A DNA stretch of 38,529 nt from IMG/VR virus record IMGVR_UViG_3300011422_000010, positions 1-38,529 of that record; one strand, given 5' to 3'. The DNA is from a virus (taxonomy: Duplodnaviria; Caudoviricetes). The position numbers were made by a program, and so were the translations under genes. Shown piece by piece: positions 33,520 to 38,529 of this stretch (positions are counted from its first letter, which is position 1; every line of letters begins with the position of its first letter). A model generated the notes under the pieces. It did no database searches. It was not told where the DNA came from and worked only from the letters and a program-made list of their open reading frames with translations.

Positions 33520-33794
33520 GGCGCCACATACTCCTTCGCCGCGTCCCCGGCGGGCCGGCGGCGTCCGGTATCTGGATGCCGCGACCAGCCGGGCGGTTCG
33601 GGCTCGGTCTCTGGGTCCCAGGCCAGCATGGCGGCGACCGCCACCTCGGGCGAATCGTATCACCACACCGCGTTGTAGCCCCACGCGTCGCCGGCGGGGC
33701 CGATGCCCAGTCGGGCCCGGTCGCCGAATAACGGCAGGATCTCGATCGCGCGGCCGTCGTCGAGATGGCGGCGGGCTATCACTCCGTTGGGCAT
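33516..33794 (-). CDS. Putative 92-aa selenoprotein, absent from the ORF track (W-UGA-Y)
   Basis: MPNGVIARRHLDDGRAIEILPLFGDRARLGIGPAGDAWGYNAVW-UGA-YDSPEVAVAAMLAWDPETEPEPPGWSRHPDTGRRRPAGDAAKEYVAP; GGAGAG RBS; stop overlaps the next ATG. Confidence 0.7.
33630..33645 (-). promoter_or_regulatory. Candidate bacterial SECIS element
   Basis: GGTGGC-GGTC-GCCGCC beginning 14 nt after the UGA. Confidence 0.6.
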
Positions 33795-33976
33795 GGCAGC
33801 TCTCCCATCTCCCGCAAGGCCCACGTCGTCAGCTCGATCGTGTTTTGCAGGAACTCCGCTTCGCTCGTCGCGCCAATCATGGGCACACCGGCCCTTCTGC
33901 AGATCGCATTGGCCCGGATGCCGGATAGGACGATCGCGGCCACGCTGAGCTTGTGTTCTTCCTTGGCATCAGGCAC
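33779..33976 (-). CDS. Hypothetical protein
   Basis: 65 aa; overlaps both neighbours. Confidence 0.55.
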   Translation of the reverse strand: MPDAKEEHKLSVAAIVLSGIRANAICRRAGVPMIGATSEAEFLQNTIELTTWALREMGELPCPTE

Positions 33977-34421
33977 TGCACAACTCCTCGAGCTGGCCCA
34001 AGAGTTGGCGGGCCTCGTTGAAGCCGCCCAGGCCGTCGACGGTCCGCTTGAGCTCGACGAGCTTTGTCACCGCATCGCCGAGCGGCGCCGCGGTCGGTCG
34101 AGCCGGCGAGCGCCGGCCCCGCGCCGGGTCGGAGGGCGGCTTCTGGGCCCGCGGCTTCCGCCCGGGCTTCCCCTTGGCGAAGCCGAGCAGCGTCCGCACC
34201 CGGTAGTAAGTCGCCGGGCCCAGCTCGCCAATTCCCTCCTTGCGCGATTGGGCCTGGGCCTCGGCAAGCGTGGCCAGCGGCCCCATCTCCTTCAGCATCG
34301 CCTGCCAGCGCCGGCTGCGCTCCAGGCGATTCGGCGCCTCCGACTCCGGCTCAGGCGCCGCCCGGGCCGTGCCGTTGCGGAGGGCCTCGTGGCGCTCCTT
34401 GATTAACTGCGTCCGGTCCAT
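33969..34421 (-). CDS. Hypothetical basic protein
   Basis: 150 aa, GGAGGA RBS. Confidence 0.65.
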   Translation of the reverse strand: MDRTQLIKERHEALRNGTARAAPEPESEAPNRLERSRRWQAMLKEMGPLATLAEAQAQSRKEGIGELGPATYYRVRTLLGFAKGKPGRKPRAQKPPSDPARGRRSPARPTAAPLGDAVTKLVELKRTVDGLGGFNEARQLLGQLEELCSA

Positions 34422-34614
34422 GTGCTGATCCTCCTGGATGTCTGCCCCCCCCCAATGGAGGGGTGGCTTTTCCTGAGTCCTGGATCTCCTGCCAGGTCGT
34501 GTCGCCGGCCTCGACGAGGAGCCGGTGCTCCTCGAAACAGCCGCGGCAGTTGCCCCACTTCACTGCGGGCTGTTGGTGACACGACAGGCAGGCTCGGGTT
34601 TGGGTGATCACCAT
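34351..34614 (-). CDS. Small Cys4 zinc-finger protein
   Basis: CLSC...GNCRGC; GGAGG RBS; 3' end uncertain beyond a G9 run. Confidence 0.55.
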   Translation of the reverse strand: MVITQTRACLSCHQQPAVKWGNCRGCFEEHRLLVEAGDTTWQEIQDSGKATPPLGGGRHPGGSAHGPDAVNQGAPRGPPQRHGPGGA

Positions 34615-34892
34615 CGTTCCTCCGCTGCTTTGGCGATGGCGTAATCGACGACATCCGCCAGGCCCATCGGGTTCTTGTCCAGTGGCCGACTGCGGAGCCA
34701 TGCCTGGACCTGCTTGCACGCGTCCAGCAGATCATCGTGACAGTCGACCGCCTTGACGATGAGGGCGGCGTTGGCAAGCGCGATCATAGTGTTTCGCGGC
34801 CGCGCCTGTCGGCAGACCGCGACCGGCTGATTATCGGAGCCCATGACGTGGGTCCCATCCCGTCGCCACGGCCGCGCGGTCGCTTTGCTCAT
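34608..34892 (-). CDS. Phage hypothetical protein (T-x-x-PW...ANAALI family)
   Basis: MSKATARPW...ANAALIVKAVDCHDDLLDAC...AIAKA; ATGA overlap. Confidence 0.7.
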   Translation of the reverse strand: MSKATARPWRRDGTHVMGSDNQPVAVCRQARPRNTMIALANAALIVKAVDCHDDLLDACKQVQAWLRSRPLDKNPMGLADVVDYAIAKAAEERW

Positions 34893-37285
34893 GCGTCGTC
34901 CTCCGCGTCGCTGTGATCCCAATCGATCTCCGGGTGCGCCTTCCGCAGCTTGGCCCGGGCCGACTTGCCGCGCGAGGAGGCGGTTGCCGGGTTCTTGTCC
35001 TTGGCCTCCTTCTTCGCGGCCTGCTTCGCCGCCTTGCGCTCGGCGACCAGGTCGGTCTTGGCCCGCTTCTCGAACGCCTTCCACTCGACGCCGGCGAACG
35101 CGAGGATCTTGTCCTCGACGCCCTTCACGTGGCTCCAGTGGCCGTGGGTGATGAAGTCGGTCGCGTGCAGGTCGAAGATCAGCGCCAGGAGCTGCGGCAT
35201 CGTCGCTGTGGCGATCCACTCCTGCCACGGCTTGAACTCCGCGCGGTGGCCTTCGCGCGCGCTGCCCTGAATGCCCCAGCGCTTCGCGAGCGCTTCCGCG
35301 TCCCCGCCCATGTCCAACTCGCGGGCCGTGGCGACCTCGGCCAGGAGCTGCAGGAACTGCTGGGACTTCTTGTCGAGCACGATGGCCAGGCACTTCGTGG
35401 CCGCCAGCCCCGCCTGCACGAGCGCCAGCGCGGCGTTATGTTCCGCCCGCTTCCGGATCTCGAAACGATCGGGCGCCGCCTTGGCCGGCTTCGGTTGCGC
35501 GCGCGTGGCCGCGCCCTTCTTGCTCCGCAGCTTACGCATAGCGCTCTTGGCCTGGGCTGTCGGCGCCAAGAGCCGCACCTGGCCGCTCGGGTCGAAGGCC
35601 CGCACGGTCAGCTCCGCGGCCGCCTCGCCGAGGGCCTCCCGGTAGGTCACGGAGCGGCCGCCGTGCCACTCCGTGTCGCTCAGCTCGACGTAGCCGCTGT
35701 CATACTTCAGGCGGCCGTGCTCGAAGAGCTTCTTGGCCTGGTTGGGGGCGAGCACCTTCTTGCCCTCTTCCTGCAGCCGGGCGCGGGCCCGCTCCTCATG
35801 GGCCTCGACCTTCTGGCGGAAACAACCAGGGTCGGTGCAGATGTCGGCCCGTGAGCCGGGGTAGAGGTCTTTGGCGTTGCCGGTCCGCTTGGGGCAAGAG
35901 GTACAGGCGCCCGCAACAGGCAAGAGCTCGGCGTCGTCGCGGCTGAAAGGCGCCTGCTTGAGCTCGACCATGTAGTCGGATTCGATGAACGCCTTGGCCG
36001 TGCGTAGCGCCATCGGCCCCTTGTCGAAGTGGTAATAGCGGCCCACCCGACCCTGGAAATTGCCCCCCTTGATGATGCGCGACGCGGCCTCGGCGCGCAG
36101 CTTGTCGGCGGGGATCCGGGCGATCAGCTCCGCGGTGCTGGCGGGGATCGTGCCGTCGGCGAGCGCCTTCCGGGCCGGCTCGGGCAGCCCGGTGAGCTTG
36201 AGCCGCGCGTACACGTAGGTCTTGGCCTTACCGATCTTCTTCGCGAGGTCCTCGATGGTCAGGCCGTGCTCGTCGAGCAGCTTGCGGTAGTGGGCCGCCT
36301 CCTCCAGCGGGGAGATGCCGGAGCGCTGCAGGAAGGTGACGAGCTGGATCTCCAGGACCTGGAGGTCGGCCAGCTCGCGCACCACCACCGGCAGCCGGCC
36401 GAGCTCGGCGAGCTTGGCGGCCCGGTAGCGCTTCTCGCCATCCACGATCTCGTAGGCCTCGCTGCCCGGCTTGAGCTTCTCCGCCGCCAGGAGGGCTGCG
36501 GGGGCGGGCCGCACCACCAGGGGCACGATCACCCCTTTGGCCCGGATGCTCTCGGAGAGCTCGGCGACCTCGGTCTCGTCGAAGTGCTTCCGCGGATTGG
36601 TGGGCGACGGGATGAGCTTTTCCAGCGGCACGAGCGGGCGATACGCTTCCTCGGCTGCCTGCTGGGCTTGCTGGAACGCGGCCCCCCCCGGCGTCGATGT
36701 GGAGGTGAGGCAGGGTGGCGTCGCGCCATTCGCGACCGGTGCCGAGGCCGGTTGCTTTGCTTGGGCCCGCGAAGTGGGGAGCTCGGGCAGTCGGGCGGCG
36801 AGCCGGCCGTCGTGGTCGGCGAGCGGGTCCCCTTCGTCCGTGCGCTGAAGCTGCTCAAGCACGAAGTGACCGACCCGCCAGATAGCGTCCTCGAGCTGCG
36901 AGTCAGTGATGACGTCGAGCTTCTTGACCGCGCGGACGCGGCCCCAGGCGGCGTAGGCGTCGCGGGCATCGCCCAGGAGGGCGCCCACGCAGCGGAAGCC
37001 GCACTCCTCGAAGGCTTCGAGCACCTTGGCCGCCAGGCCCACCCGCTTGAGCGGCGCCTCGATCAAGGGCAGGCAGGCGCTGCAGAGGTCCGACTTCACC
37101 CAGTGGCACGGCTCGCCCGTACGCTCGACGCAGAGCATGCAGTCGCCGTTCGTGCACCGGCACACCCGACAGCGATCGCCGCGGACCGCCTTGGCGCCAT
37201 GGGACTGGTTGCGCCGCCCGGCCATCTCGGCCGCGGCCGCCTCGACGCCGGCCCGCCGGCTGCGTTTCATGGTTCCGCTGGACAT
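34889..37285 (-). CDS. Multidomain ParB/RepB/Spo0J-family protein
   Basis: NPRKHFD...LSESIRAKGVIVPLVVRP...YEIVDGEKRYRAA, HTH, CTSCPKRTG...CTDPGCF; Cys-rich N-terminal extension. Confidence 0.85.
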   Translation of the reverse strand: MSSGTMKRSRRAGVEAAAAEMAGRRNQSHGAKAVRGDRCRVCRCTNGDCMLCVERTGEPCHWVKSDLCSACLPLIEAPLKRVGLAAKVLEAFEECGFRCVGALLGDARDAYAAWGRVRAVKKLDVITDSQLEDAIWRVGHFVLEQLQRTDEGDPLADHDGRLAARLPELPTSRAQAKQPASAPVANGATPPCLTSTSTPGGAAFQQAQQAAEEAYRPLVPLEKLIPSPTNPRKHFDETEVAELSESIRAKGVIVPLVVRPAPAALLAAEKLKPGSEAYEIVDGEKRYRAAKLAELGRLPVVVRELADLQVLEIQLVTFLQRSGISPLEEAAHYRKLLDEHGLTIEDLAKKIGKAKTYVYARLKLTGLPEPARKALADGTIPASTAELIARIPADKLRAEAASRIIKGGNFQGRVGRYYHFDKGPMALRTAKAFIESDYMVELKQAPFSRDDAELLPVAGACTSCPKRTGNAKDLYPGSRADICTDPGCFRQKVEAHEERARARLQEEGKKVLAPNQAKKLFEHGRLKYDSGYVELSDTEWHGGRSVTYREALGEAAAELTVRAFDPSGQVRLLAPTAQAKSAMRKLRSKKGAATRAQPKPAKAAPDRFEIRKRAEHNAALALVQAGLAATKCLAIVLDKKSQQFLQLLAEVATARELDMGGDAEALAKRWGIQGSAREGHRAEFKPWQEWIATATMPQLLALIFDLHATDFITHGHWSHVKGVEDKILAFAGVEWKAFEKRAKTDLVAERKAAKQAAKKEAKDKNPATASSRGKSARAKLRKAHPEIDWDHSDAEDDA

Positions 37286-37704
37286 GGTGGGTCCTCGTGA
37301 AAGCGTTTGTAGTGGCCGCAGTAGCGGTTGGCCACGTCGTTCGGATTCCAGCTCGTGAGGCCGCAGACGAGGCACTCTATGCCCGGGCCGTGGCTGGCCT
37401 CACGTAACACGTAGGTCGGCTCCGGAGGGAGCTCGTCGAGTTCGCCGACGGGGTGATAGTGCACCTGCTGGTCGGTGATCTCGATCGCTTCCCGGATCCC
37501 CCGACGGCTGTCGATACAGGCGTCGCACAGGACCGCGACAGCTCGGCCTTCGTCGCCGCTGATCACGTTGCCGCTGACGGGGTACTTCCACGTCGCCCGA
37601 CGGTTGAGGGCGCACAGGTTCACGCGGCCGATCTTGCCGCCACAGGCCCCACAACGAACGTGGGCCTGGATGAACTCGACGTAGTTGTCCCTGGTCGCGC
37701 TCAT
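37267..37704 (-). CDS. Zinc-finger hypothetical protein
   Basis: MSATRD start; CGAC, CDAC, CLVC...YCGH. Confidence 0.7.
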   Translation of the reverse strand: MSATRDNYVEFIQAHVRCGACGGKIGRVNLCALNRRATWKYPVSGNVISGDEGRAVAVLCDACIDSRRGIREAIEITDQQVHYHPVGELDELPPEPTYVLREASHGPGIECLVCGLTSWNPNDVANRYCGHYKRFHEDPPCPAEP

Positions 37705-37950
37705 GACGCTTCCCCGTTTCGCGGCCACTCGATCACAGCCAGGGCCTTGAGCAGGCAGACCTCGTCGACCCGGCCGCGGCTGGCGACGAGCCGGGCGGCG
37801 GTCATCACGCGGTCCGGATCGACGCCCAGGCGGACACCGAGGGCCAAGACCTGCCCGCAGTGGGGCCCGAGGCCGTAGCGCCGGCAGAGGCAGTCGACGT
37901 CGATCCATCGGTCTACTCTCTCTCTCTCTCTCTCTCGCCGTGGTCGTCAT
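37701..37950 (-). pseudogene. Small gene frameshifted within an (AG)10 tract
   Basis: RBS and ATG at 37950, but the coding-like frame (VDRWIDVDCLCRRY...GEAS-stop) is offset by one base after the tract. Confidence 0.6.
37916..37935 (-). repeat. (AG)10 microsatellite
   Basis: Direct reading of the sequence. Confidence 0.95.
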
Positions 37951-38528
37951 CTTTCGGCCTCCGGCCAATGCAGGCCCTTCTTCCGAAACCGCCACTTGGC
38001 ACTGCCCACGAAAAACATCCAGCGTTTGGTCCGGAGCTCGCCGGCCTTTTGCAGCCGGTCCATGTCGGCCACGATGGCGTCGGGGAAACTCATCGAGACC
38101 TGGCCGGCCAGCATGGCCTCGGCGATACGCACGCACGGCTGCTTGCGGAGCCCGCGATCGCCGACCAGGTCGAGCATCTGGTGGACCAGCTTCTCGATCC
38201 TCACCAGGTGCTCGAACTCGGGCGGCAGCGGCGACCCTCCTGCCGGCGGCGGCTTCGGGATGGCGTCCCGCAGCACGTCCGCCAGCGGCACGGGGCCCCC
38301 TTCGAAGACCTTCGGTGGGCGCGCGCTTTTTTCCTCCTTCGGCACCTTCGACCCTTCGCGCGAAGGTGGCGAAGGAGAGATTAATTCTTCTCTTTGCGAA
38401 GGTTTGCGAAGGTAATTACCTTCGCGCGCGCGCGCGCTGGGCGCTTCAGACGACGGCCGCGGTTCCGCGGCACGCGGTTCCGCGGCACGCGGTTCCGCGG
38501 CACGCGGTTCCGCGGCACGCGGTTCCGC
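37947..38528 (-). CDS. Replication initiator-like protein, C-terminal part (5' truncated)
   Basis: Frame is open from the window edge: (AEPRA)n...ARAREG...helical C-terminal domain. Internal repeats resemble those of lambda O-type initiators. Confidence 0.55.
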   Translation of the reverse strand, partial: AEPRAAEPRAAEPRAAEPRAAEPRPSSEAPSARAREGNYLRKPSQREELISPSPPSREGSKVPKEEKSARPPKVFEGGPVPLADVLRDAIPKPPPAGGSPLPPEFEHLVRIEKLVHQMLDLVGDRGLRKQPCVRIAEAMLAGQVSMSFPDAIVADMDRLQKAGELRTKRWMFFVGSAKWRFRKKGLHWPEAER

Positions 38529-38529
38529 G
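38458..38529. repeat. 15-bp perfect tandem repeat, at least 4.8 copies (iteron-like)
   Basis: Unit CGCGGTTCCGCGGCA, cut by the window edge. Confidence 0.9.

Larger units (their letters stand above)
235..38529 (-). mobile_element. Lambda-like siphovirus/prophage, Planctomycete-type; incomplete at the right edge
   Basis: Co-oriented terminase, gpW-like, portal, protease, capsid, cement, neck, tail tube, chaperones, tape measure and tail genes with many ATGA/TGATG overlaps. No integrase in the window. Confidence 0.92.

Noticed and set aside
34445-34453. G9 run as a phase-variation switch
   Set aside because: It lies near the 3' end of a small gene and would only alter the tail; could be a homopolymer error.
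37940-37950. Third Sec site at the UGA ending 37947..38528
   Set aside because: The frame continues, but the UGA is part of an ATGA overlap with a good RBS and is followed by the unstructured AG tract; a tract-length frameshift explains it better.
38458-38529. CRISPR array
   Set aside because: Head-to-tail 15-bp repeats without spacers, inside a coding frame; no cas genes.
235-38529. Genome-wide UGA reassignment (code 4 or 25)
   Set aside because: Many genes end in UGA coupled to the next ATG, and long genes have no internal UGA.

Overview
GC-rich window occupied almost entirely (about 235 to the right edge) by a lambda-like siphovirus or prophage. Its gene set resembles Planctomycete prophages; this is an inference from recognised protein families. 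Nearly all genes are on the minus strand. From right to left: replication/early genes (partial initiator with iteron-like repeats, ParB-like protein, HerA-like ATPase, Rrf2 regulator); a late promoter and putative lysis cassette; a cos-like region; ParB-like, tRNA-like RNA, ABC-GNAT and GpA-type terminase; an inverted, self-promoted moron (33-aa membrane peptide, amidoligase, HExxH peptidase, class II glutamine amidotransferase, RHH regulator); head genes; and tail genes. The most striking observation is two phage genes interrupted by an in-frame UGA (29141-29143 and 33660-33662). Each UGA sits where a Cys would be expected and is followed by a hairpin with bacterial SECIS geometry, suggesting phage-encoded selenoproteins that rely on host Sec machinery. 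Other notable items are a single 1251-aa portal-protease-scaffold-capsid ORF with an internal RBS, a glycosyltransferase-methyltransferase fusion inside the head module, a 124-nt tRNA-mimic RNA, CsrA-type ANGGA hairpins in late leaders, and an out-of-frame (AG)10 tract. No integrase, CRISPR array or sel genes were seen. All family calls come from motif reading only; no database searches were run.
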